Shown here: one piece after another, positions 37,147 to 48,600 of the stretch
How positions within the stretch are numbered: the first letter of the stretch is position 1
How the letters are laid out: every line of letters starts with the position of its first letter
Notes under the pieces: model-generated
Databases searched by the model: none
Seen by the model: the letters and a program-made list of their open reading frames with translations, nothing else
Told to the model about the DNA's origin: nothing
Translations under genes and position numbers: made by a program
Assembly: GCF_003704095.1 (NCBI RefSeq)
Contig: NW_020844573.1
Location: forward strand, 310,001-374,000
Source of the DNA: Pocillopora damicornis
Lineage: Eukaryota
Length of the DNA stretch: 64,000 nt
Direction: 5' to 3'

Positions 37147-37845
37147 GTCCGGGGATAAACCGTTGCGTTTTTTTAGTTGTTTGTGGTTATTGTTGTTGGT
37201 TTTTATTGAATGCTATGCTTCGCAGCTTTAAAATGTCACGCTTCGAGAGAAAGTTGCGTTACATCACGAAAAACGGCTTTAAAGGAAACTTGTATACTAC
37301 TGTACTACATCAATCGGCAGAACACAGCACAGGGACCCAACAGCTATGATTCAAGCTTTAAAGTGATCGAAGATCAGTCTATCAAACGGTACAGATATTA
37401 CGCCACGAAGTGACTTATAACTTTGCATTTGTACAAGGAGAGAAATTTTGAATTTGGTGTAAGGCAAATGGAAACTGAATATTTCGCGGGGCTAATAAGC
37501 TATTTTGATGAGATGATCTTTGCAATGTGAACTGCGTTGGAGTGGCCAGGAATCTAAGATCATTGGTTATGCTCTGTTGCAGCGTGAGTCAAGTCTAGTT
37601 TCTCGACTCGCAATTACGCTCAGCGGTTTTGACCCTTCTAAGCAATAACAACATGTCTCTTCTTCCTTAAAATATCGATTCAATTACTAAGAAGTAGGTG
37701 ACGAGAAAAGAGAAAATGATCAGCCAGAGGAGGTACCCTTGTCGTGATATCGCATCAAATTCTCTTAACTTGCCCGCGACAAAACGTACAGCAGTAAGAA
37801 GAGAGAATTGCTAAACAATAATTAGGATTTTTAAACGTCAATCAA

Positions 37846-39008
37846 TCAAATAAGCATGGTCTTCCCATAAAGAATCCATCTCTGAGAGGGAGGTCGCATC
37901 ACATCAGAAAATCTCTTCTTCTCCGTCTCGACACTTTCTTTTTCGTCATCTGACTCAGATTCAGAAGTTTCTTGCGGTCGCCGTCTGTTGGGCCTCTTCT
38001 TCCAGTACTTGTATTTGTACTTTCCATTCTTGGGTCCCACGTATGGGCGTGGCGGGGGAGGGGTGACTTGTGGGGTCTCCAGAACATTGTAATTTAACAC
38101 CCTACAAGTAGGTAAAGCAAAGCAGTAACCTTAGCTCATATATTTTAACTCATTATTTCGGTCCAAATAGAATATTGAAAACTTTAGTAGACTATTGAAG
38201 ATACTACGCATTACCTTTCTAGTTTTCTGAGGGCTAGGGAATTAAGAAAAGAGGACTGGTCCCACTTGCATATGAGTGTGAAAACGTACAGTAACATTAC
38301 CTCATTGTAATTCAACCTGCATTAGAGGCGCGATTTTTGTAAAAATGTCGCAGTGGATGATTACTTCTTGCCAACTTACAAATTCGCTATAGACTTTAGT
38401 CTCTCTCGGTTTGGAAATATAAATATTTTCGAATTGTTGTGCACCCCTAATTACTGAGTATCTCAATTCATGGCAAAATTAAATCGCAGCGTCACGATCG
38501 TCTTGATTCAAAGACCTTTCCGCGGAATTCTATGAAGAGAAGCAACGCTGATAAAGTCTACAAAATATGGGGAAATATTTTCGAAGAAATTTTCAGATTG
38601 TCTCAATTTACATGTAAAGAAATTGCAAAAAGGAAAAAACATTTGATTTAATTTATTCACAACGTGAGACAATAAGAAGAGAGAGCCGAAAGAAAAAGGC
38701 AAACGAAATTTAACAAAACAACTTGTCATCTGAATTTTCGAATCAAGCAGTTATAACATGACAAATCTTGAAGGAGAGAGACAAATGCCTATGGGATTAA
38801 CTGAAGAAGAGTTGAAACGAAAAACCATTGTAAAAGTTTAGACGAAAATGTCTTACCCGAGATTTCGGTATAGAAAATCGCGGTCGGGATTTTCTTCTCT
38901 TTCCCACGGATCTCCTTCGTTTTTGTGGCTTTGGAAGCGACTCAAACGATATGCCGAACTAACCACAATAAAAACTGACATGTAGAGAAATGTGGTGCGA
39001 AGATTCAT
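37846..39008 (-). CDS. Small secreted protein (135 aa, 2 exons), candidate prepropeptide
   Basis: Exon 1 is 38857-39008 (MNLRTTFLYMSVFIVVSSA signal-like; ends GG|gtaag). Exon 2 is 37846-38101 (ttgtag|G GTG...). The phase matches. The protein has KKR and RRR sites, an acidic spacer, and ...KKRFSDVMRPPSQRWILYGK. Confidence 0.7.
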
Positions 39009-41452
39009 GCCGACGAAGTGCTAAGGCTCGAGGAAACTCTCACTTAGAACTGATTGACATAATAGAACCAAAAGATTCCATTTACATGCTCTTTAAGGTA
39101 GCTTCATAGAAAATTCTTTCTTTGAAATTTCAAGTGGGCTCTTAAGTAACAATGCTAAGTGATATTCAGTGTCGCAGAAGGTTCTTTATGCTCGTATTGA
39201 TGACTAAGCACCTCTTAATTACCATATAGTTGGCGTTTTTGGAAAGATCAGATTTTATCACAGGACAAGAATGCAGCACATAGTTCAACGTATACAGAAA
39301 AGGGCGGAAGGATTGACATGAATATTGGGCATGGTTTGCTGACACGGCGCTAATTCTTTCATATTCTGCCTCTATACAAAGGATTACATTTATCTCGCAC
39401 TGCGTTCGAGGCGGAGAGATAACACCAATTAGTAACACTGATATTACAAATATTCGCCCTTTTTAGTGCACAGAAGGTAAAACATCATTCTCGAAAATGC
39501 AAACCATTTGAACACAGAATAAGTGAATTGGAATATCATATCACCCAACTGCTAGGGTCAAAAGCTGAGTTACTCTACAGAAAGCGGCATAGAACGTTAC
39601 ATAATGTGTGTGAATTTGGAAGTTTCTCATATTTTAGAGACCATCTCTTTAAGGTTAACGGTATTTATCGGAATATTGCTTCAGAAAATGTTGCATGGAA
39701 AATTCAAACTTGAGAATATTGTGTCTATCAGCGAATAGAAACAGAAACCGCGAAAGAAACCAAAGAGGATGGCGATAAATTTTAAGTCCGACTTCCTTTG
39801 TAAATTCTTAGCAACCCCATAAGTTTATTCTTGCATCAGTCTCAACTTTATAATTAGAAACTGCGCATGTCACTAGGTATTTCTCACTTCAGTTATTTAT
39901 CGGAGCAATTTTTGACATCAAAGTGTTATGTAACAGACTCGCTATATTCGTGTATTTTCGTTTATTTTCCAAGGAATTAATTTGTAACTATGGTAATGAA
40001 TTTGCGACAATCAGTGTTTTCTCGAATTGTTCCAGACAACCACTACATAAACATTTTTATAAAAACTAACATAAAACTCCTGCAGGGGAAATGCTCTCCT
40101 TGATTCAATATAAAACGCCCAATAGAAGAAACTTCACAGTTCAAACGATCGAAACCCCGATTTCATATAAAGTGAATTTAAACGTAATTTATGTTATGAC
40201 ATGATAACTACAATTTGCTTAATATCCAAAAACTTTTAATTTCAAAGTGATATTCAGAACTCTAGTTAAGGAATTACGGTTGAAGGTCTGATGAGTCCAA
40301 GAAAAACACACGCGATATAATATTGCCAAAATTTCAAATTCAATTTTTCCGTATTCATCGCCGTAAATCGACATAAGCAGAGGCTTGATATAGCCTCAAT
40401 CCAGCAGCTACACTCAAATCTAAGTTTGATTGCTTATAATGACTCGGCTACCATGTTAGGAGTGAATATATCTGACTTAATTAAAAGATAACATTGCGCC
40501 ATAAAAATACTTCCTCCAGTTACTAGATAAAGATGTTTTCAGTGTCTATTTTTACGGTAACATCGTACAGTTCCACACTTAACTTTGAGAGAAGGCTTTG
40601 ATATTCGTTCTCCTTCAAGAGTTATTGATCAGAATCAACTGATATCAATGTCGCCATTAATTTCAAAACTCCTGTGTTCGAGGGACTGAAGAGAGTTTTT
40701 GTTCAGATAATGGTTAAGCTGATATTGCCACGGAATCGTGCCCCTAAAATTTCAGAGAAAAAAAAAACAAGCAAAGTCTGCTCCAAAATGTGCTTTGGTG
40801 TAAAGTTCTCAATTACACAATTTAATCCAACATGGCCTGGTTACGGTCTTACTGTACTGTGCAAGAAGCGATGGCTAACGGGATTGGGCAAGAAAAGTGT
40901 TGAAGTTTTCATTCTTTGAACAGCTCCCCATTTCGACCAAACTTGCTGACACAAAAATATATTAAGCAAAAAGATAAAGAGAAGAACCACCAAAACGAAA
41001 ACACAAAAACGAACAAAAACAAATACAAAGCAAAACCAAACATACACAAAGTGGAAATAAAAAAGCAGAGTTCCTTGTGTGGGGTGACTTTAATAGTACA
41101 GTACAGTAATAGTACAGCTAGCACTACCTGGTTTATATAAATATTATAATTCTCTTTAGGAACTTGAGCGTTCAGTAGAGGGCAAACACTGCTCGTCAGG
41201 AGTCCCATGACCAGATGAGAATTCTGAATTCGAATACTTTGTCGATAAAAGCTCCTTGAGCAGAGGACACTTGAATGTCTAAAGAAATCCACAATTTCTA
41301 TTGGCTATGTTTCACTGCGCACTGTGATTGGTTGAGAGGACTCACACCATTCCCTCGACCAATCGCGTCTCAGCCATTCGCGTTTTCTCATTGGCTGCTC
41401 TCGTTATTTACTAATACTATGATCTCATAATTTTTTTCTTAATTCTCAATCA

Positions 41453-44400
41453 TTACACTAGATGAACTTCCTCCTCTTCATCTACTTGTAGATCGCAAAC
41501 TCCAGCGAACTTATCAAGTATGTCGGGCTGTTTCGCCTTCGGAGAAAAGTTGTCTTCGTCAACTTTGATCAAACCCTGACGATCGGCTAATGCTCGTTCC
41601 AGGTTTCTATGCAGGTCACGCGGTCGCTTTTTGGCGAGTTTCTCTGCTTCCCTGAGCACAAACCCTGAGTCACTGATCGTCTTATGTTGATGTTTCCAGA
41701 CCTGGTAGACGTGGACGAAAATAGCGGCGTAGAATTCAACAAAAACGTTCAGAACCTGACGGCGGCGGTTGCATGGCCTGTAAAAGAAAAACTGGAATCA
41801 TTCAAAAGTGGCCCAATAATGGCGTTGGCCTCTTACAAATGATAAAACGTAAAAAGGATGCCCTTCTGTTCCCCCGATATAATATGAATATTTTCAAGAT
41901 AAAAGCATTTGAACTTACTCTGTCGAGTTGACGAACTAAAACCACTAGCTGATTTCCAAATTACACGTGTCCTAACCGAAACGCAATTTTTCAACACACA
42001 AACTCACACAAAAATAACATCTCCCAGTGCACGTGGCCCATAACATTGCAGTCAGCCAAAACCTAGTAACGCATGTAACTCAACGTAGATAACGCGATTT
42101 ACAGCTTATAAAACGCTTGATTGGAAGCGGGAGGCACATACTTATTCAGCTTCTCCTCTCTTAGAGTTTGAAGAGCAATCCTGGTAATGTTTATAGACAT
42201 GATAGAAAATGGGAAGTTCTGTGTTTCATGTTGGGAGAGTTTGTAGATATCCAAAGCCAGAGCATGTGTCCGCTGGTCAGTTACTAAGTACAATGTTGTC
42301 AACAGGCCCAGAAAACCACAGCCTCTTAGATCTGTTGCAGGATCAAGACCTATAAAATATAATTGTGAAGTAAAAAGTTACTGTGATAATTCTATAGTCT
42401 GTAAAATAGTTCAAAAAACAGTACATCTAATTTACAAGGAGTGATTGAAGAATTTATCCCACATTTTTCTATAACCCTTCACACCCAAACATCAGTAAGC
42501 ATATTCTCCTTGCAGTCTTCTATACATTTCCTAAGGCACTGACAAGGAGAATTTGTTTGACAATCAAGAGCCTCTCTAGATGGTGATCATTTCCTTTATT
42601 CTTAAGACCCTATTGAGGCTTGTCACCTTTAGTACAGAGAATTTGCAAACTGAGGTCAGGGTGTGGAGGGTTAATTCATTTACATGTATCCATAGAAATA
42701 CAATCACACCTTGAAAACCAATCAGCTCCCAGTGGTTTCCATAGCGAGGACAGTCAAGCTTGGTGCCTGTTAATTTTTTATAAATAGTCTGTAACACTTG
42801 ATTATGCATGGTTTCGTCATTTTTGAACATACACAAAGCAAGAGCAAAGATGAGATTTCGTTCCAAGTGAAGGCTGCTGTTCATTTGTGGTGGACCAAAT
42901 AGTTTATGCGTCACAGCTGCCATTCCACGATGCTTGACAGTTGGTTTGATGTGTGACATATGCTGTTCAAGGTAACTAGCTGTTTGAAAGTGACGGATAG
43001 CATCCTGGAACGTGATAAGAGGTGAACGGCTACCAGCTTGACCACTTCCTTTTAAGAAATCAATTAAGAGCATTTTATTGAACAAAAACCTGGTGGGAAA
43101 AGATGCTCTGATCGGTAAACCTTCTAGATCTTTTAAATCAACAAAACAGACACTGAAGAGGAGACAAGTTCACATGTATTTTACGCAATGAATAATTTTG
43201 AGACAAGGTTCAGACCTTTACAATGAACACTTTATAATTTCAATAAAAAAACCTTATCAAAACATAAGCAGGCCCAAATTTTATGAACTGAGGAGACAAG
43301 CAGGGAGGATGGTATCATTCATATTAATGATCAAGGAGTAGATTTTGGAAACTTGGGTTGACACCTGTATGTACATGCACACCACAAGAACACATACCGG
43401 TAAGTGTCTCCTGTCTGAGTTTAAAACCCTTTAATGTCATAATTAAATGTATGGAAAACCCTGTTTTTCAGCAGAAACATTGATCTGATAGCAGATCAAT
43501 GTGAGACTTGTGGACAGACACTCAAAGCTGAATATAACAATACAGTTTAGATGACATTACATGAAACTGCATTATGAACCAACTTCAGTTTAACCATAAA
43601 AATATTTAATCTCAGTTCTATGAACAATTAAAAGAAGACCAGGAGCTATAACTCAAAAGAAAAACCTTATCAGTCCGACACTACCCTCTCATAACCCAGG
43701 AGTAAGGAGGTGTTGCAGTCCATGTATTTTCACTATTCCACTCTGTGCTAAACACTGTCTGAAAAATTACTGGCCCATTGGTTTAAGTTACATTTCCCAA
43801 ACAGAGTACTGTACCTGGCTGAACAGTTTCCACTAAGTCCCACTCCATCTGGGCCTGTTCAAGTGTTGTTGGAGGTGAAGGTAGCTTCCTAATTCCTGGC
43901 GGAATATTATCTTTGTCCGATCTCCGTCTTCGTTTACCAGGTCGCATTTGATCTGAGGTAGGACTGGTTGATGCTGATTCCTTTTCAGAATAATTAGTAG
44001 TTTCTTTGCGAGGAGAGTATCTGTTCAGTTCTGATGCACTTGATCTGTAAAAATTAAAGTATACAGTTAGGCTTCACAATGAGTAGACAGGCCTGAGTGT
44101 AAACTAGAGGGAGGGCATTCTTGAATTCATACGATTCCCTCTTGGCCAAGAAATATAGATAATTGAAAATAATAGAGCAACCAAACCTTGCCCTGTATCT
44201 GTGGTTATGAAATCCTGTATACACCCCTGTTGTCAATAAATAACATTTTTTTTCCCACTGAGAATAATTTTTTTATTTTTGCTCCTCACAAGATGTCTTT
44301 AGATGAAGAAGATTAAAGTGCACTGCACATGACAACCTTGGCTAACTTTATCAAGATGCACAAGATTGGCCACAACTCCTTTAAAATACAGCTTGTAAAA

Positions 44401-45269
44401 CATGCACCATGTGAATATAACTGAACAGAGGTAAAAATTTTGCCAATTCAAGTAATTCCATAATTTTCATTCAAGTTATTATTGGTTTTGAAGTTTGGTA
44501 CTTAAAGCTTATTGAAGCAAATTGAATTTACAGGGAATTACAATGTTCCGTATGTTGTGAAAATAATGATTCATTGATTAAATACTCGATTCGTAACGCC
44601 AAAATTAGTAAGATCCACACTTAGTGTAATCTAGAAGACCGACAAAATGTCTTGATTTCACGCTGTTTAGAGTGAATCTGTACCATCCTTGAAAAAATAT
44701 TAAGATTGTAGGCTCTTAAACGACACATGGGGCGATATCAAGCACAAAATGATTAATTTAAGATTAGTATCCACCCATCAGTTAACAGAAACCTCAACAT
44801 CGGAGGCTAAATATACATAAACTAACCCTTGACAAAAGCCTTCAAAAAAAACAAACAAACAAATATTGGTAAGTGTATCTGATCGTGATAAGTTTGCGGT
44901 GAATAATTTTCCCTCTCACCCTTGACTAGAAGGCAAACTACTAGGCAGTCCTTCTGTCTTAATGGGAAGCTGAGAAGGACCGTTAGACACCTCTTGACTG
45001 ACGGCCGACTCCTTAATGGAACTGTCTGACTTCGCGTCAGCTTTACTTGGCGGAAGATTTTGGAAAGCACTTTCAAATTCAAGGTCGAACTCATCATCTT
45101 CATTTCGATTTTGCTGAGCAGCAGCCCGCTGAAAAGCCTTTTCTGCTTCTGCTTCAAGATCATCGGGGGCGGCCTTTCGGTTCTTGAGATTTGCCATTGT
45201 TAAACGATCGTCAATATCGTTAGGGAAAGTGCTAAGGGCGCCATCTTTGATCGAATACAACTGGTCCAT
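41453..45269 (-). CDS. ELMOD3: ELMO domain-containing protein 3
   Basis: Exons 44920-45269, 43815-44044, 42710-43048 (CPRYGNHWELIGFQG), 42142-42349 (DPATDLRGCGFLGL; QNFPF), 41453-41777 (HKTISDSGFVL). The start could alternatively be the Met of MANLKNRK. Confidence 0.88.
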
Positions 45270-45629
45270 TCTCCGCCCCTCCCGGGTAAATTTTCTTGAT
45301 CGACATCAGGGGTACTGTTGGGATAATGTTTCATACAACAGAAGGAAAAAATAACCGAAAAACTTAAGGAGAGAGAAGAGTTAGATTCATAGGTGGTTAG
45401 ATAATTTAAATTCTTTCATCGACTGTTGTCGTCATTTTATTCCCCGAAAAAAGCTGAAGATCATTGCTCAATGAATATCTCTATGGGTCCCCTCGGTGTT
45501 ACCACACGTTTCTCTTCCTCGTTGTCTCGTGGTGGCACGTGACTATTTAGATCCTGTTGAACTTTTCGATTTCCCTCTCGTTGTGTTACATGTAATATAT
45601 TCTTCCGATTTTCCTTGAAGATTCAGGGA
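45270..45629. promoter_or_regulatory. Putative bidirectional promoter between ELMOD3 and the SLC35-like gene
   Basis: Divergent ATGs 360 bp apart; CACGTGAC E-box at 45536-45543. Confidence 0.55.
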
Positions 45630-48600
45630 ATGGAGTCTTTCCGGACAAGAACTTTATCGTCGGGAGAGGATGTCTCTGAAATCATAAGTAGAACGCCTGA
45701 ACATACAAATCTTAATTCTCACAGTAATCACAAAGGTATCAACAATATTTCTTCGTTATGGAGTGGTTTCACTGTTCACAAAAAAGCTGACGACAGCGAC
45801 GAACATTCAGTGGAGAAAAAGACTCTAAGAGACCACAGCTATATTTACACGTTTTTGTCAACAGTTCTTTTTACTGTCGCCCTAATCGTGGAGAAGATCT
45901 TTCATTTTAAGCTCTTTGAAAGTAGCCATGCTTCAATATTCTTCTTCTGGCTTGAAAGTTGTGCGATCGCTCTCTTCTTTAGATTCTGGGGAAGAAAGCG
46001 AATACGAAGGTAAGTAAAGCATTGAGCGAGAGTTAAATCAACAGCTGGTATAGGTAAATATTGACATAGACGGGAAGTCTCGCTGGAGGAACGATTGTAA
46101 GGAGCGTTTTTTATGTCTGAGGACCTTAGTGGACAAACATCGTCCAACGTGCACGCGCGTCACTTTTAAAGAAACCTCAGAAAGCTTTATATCACAGTAA
46201 GCTTGCATGTTTAAATTATAGATTATGAAAATAACAAAATTTTTCTCAGTTTTCGTTTTGATAGCCACGCGCGAGCCTTAAAACACAAAACTGACTGAGT
46301 TTGCTTTACTGAATTACAAGCCTTTGCCGCTTTCCAAACAAACTGGACAGTAACACCCAATAGGTAATGGGCTATCAGTTATTATGTGCGGCTTTTTCTA
46401 TATATCTTATTGGTTCCTGGGAAAATCAATTTGAAGTTGGACAAAAGAAAGTATTTAGGTTGTTGTCAGTCACCAGGACTTCAGGAGAGAAAAAAAAAAT
46501 TTCGTAAAAAGCCTCACACACTTTGGTGTGTTAATAGCTGATGAACATTCTGGCAAATTTTCGTGAAGATCTTATAAATCTATATAATATATTAATATGT
46601 CTTAACAGAGGTAACTTGCATTAAAAAAACCTGAAATTTTTGGCCTCTAAAGAAATTCCCGATTTTTGCACCTCACTTAAGTGCCTGTCGATGCGTTCAT
46701 GCTACCTACCAATGAAACGCAACATGGAACCCCCTGGCAAGTCATGTAACAGAGGACTTTGAAATTCATAGGAAAGTTCACTTTGCAAAATGGGTAAATC
46801 AGATTTACTATGGATTAAAACAATCTCCAAAACTTCATCAAAAAATTGAAAGGAAAAGTAGGTAATTGGGATTTCAAGCTACTTCAATTTCTTATGCTCA
46901 GGCTCTTGGCAACTTTTCTCTGTTTGACGGTTTGATAAAGACTCTCATTTCTCAGTGTTATGCAAAATGTACCAGAAATTTCCTTTTGTTATGCAGTGAA
47001 ACATGCAATGTAAGCAGAATATGTAAATCAAAGTTGCAATGAAAGCCTGTGGAAAATGTCAACACTCTGTTGGAGGCCAAAAACATTCTTTTAGTGGTAT
47101 CGCATGTTATTTTTTAAGATTTTGCAATTACTTTTTCAGCAAACTAGACTGCAATTGCAGTAACTATAAGGACATGACACCATTGATCAAGAAGTCAATA
47201 ACAGAAAGTGTTTACAAGAATTGTCACTTAGTATTTTGCAATTAATTTGACTGAGTGTGTAAAGTGGGGAATCGGTCAAAAGACTGAGTTTTCTTAAAAT
47301 AAAATATTTAGGTAATACGTATAGTGTCCTTAGGAGGGATGGAAAAGACTAATTGGGTATCAAAAGTAATTCAGAATATCTGGGATTACACAGGTCTTTT
47401 ACTTCTCTTCTCTTTCTGAATGGTATAAAAATTCTCTGCATCTTCACAAACAATAACATCTCTTACTTAAACCTGTTGTGACTCAAATTTGTACATGTTT
47501 ACTTGTATTAACCATGAGTTTTCATTGCCTTCTTGGAATACTTTCTGTTGTTCTGATGGGATCTTTTGCTTCTGTTGGGTTTGGTTTAAACCTTTACACC
47601 CCAACATCAGTATACACATTCTCTATACTTGTCTCTATACATTTCCAAGGAGAATTTGTTTAACAATCAAGAGCGTCTTTAGTTGATGGTCATTTCCTTT
47701 ATTCCTGTGACCTTAATGTGTGATTGAGGGTTAGAAATTGTAAGGAGAAATTAGATGTTAATCACTCTTAGGGGTCAAAAGGTTAAGAATGTTCAAACGA
47801 AAAGAACTTTACTAGGATTGGTGGATCTGTTGAAAATAACTATATTCCTACTTAATTTCGTTGGTACTTCATTTTGCATTTTGTGTTGTAAAAAAAAATC
47901 ACAAAATTTAAGACTCATGAAGGAAAATCCTTGTGGAATTTACATGCACAAAATTTAATACCCATGTAGAAAAGTAAAGACATTTTGAAAAAGAAAATGA
48001 AGTTGACATTGCTTGTTTCACAAAATTCAAGGCCCTATTTTCATATTTGCCTGTTGAAATTGCGAAAAGTTAAACCCAGTTAAGTACCGCTTTGCCAAAT
48101 TTGCAAAATTGAGCACATGCTAAATTAAGTATGAATAAGGTAAATAATATGAGAAGCTGAAACATGCAAATATTTTGATTGGTTCTTAACTATGATCTTT
48201 TAAAGGACAGATGTAGAGATGACATCATCATTATCAATTTTTGCCTCTTCTTTGTTAAAAAAAAAAACAAATAGATTCCATGTCGCCATGGGTCTGTTAA
48301 GTAAAAGATCACAAAAGTCATCAGAAGGTGATAAGAACATCATTGACACACTTAGGTGCACTCTGTGTGCCATTCACTTGTTCCCACCACATTTGGCATC
48401 ATCTGTGATCTATTACTGTTCATCTTGTGCAGGGAGCTGTGGTATTAATTTTTTCAAGTTTTCTTTGTCTTTTCTCGCATCAGTTCAATGTTTAGTCTGT
48501 AATGATCTGTCTACACTTACTGACGTCAAACTTACAGCTTCTCTATATTGTTTATTTTCAGTTTCAGGAGCCAAGCAAGACATTTTTTCCCCATGCTCTT

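Noticed and set aside
40909-41292. Hydrophobic and Lys/Asn-rich ORFs
   Set aside because: Produced by low-complexity A-rich sequence in the ELMOD3 3' region.
47478-47663. Hydrophobic ORF as a missing SLC35 exon
   Set aside because: No convincing splice sites, it runs into a MITE, and the flanking exons already join in phase.
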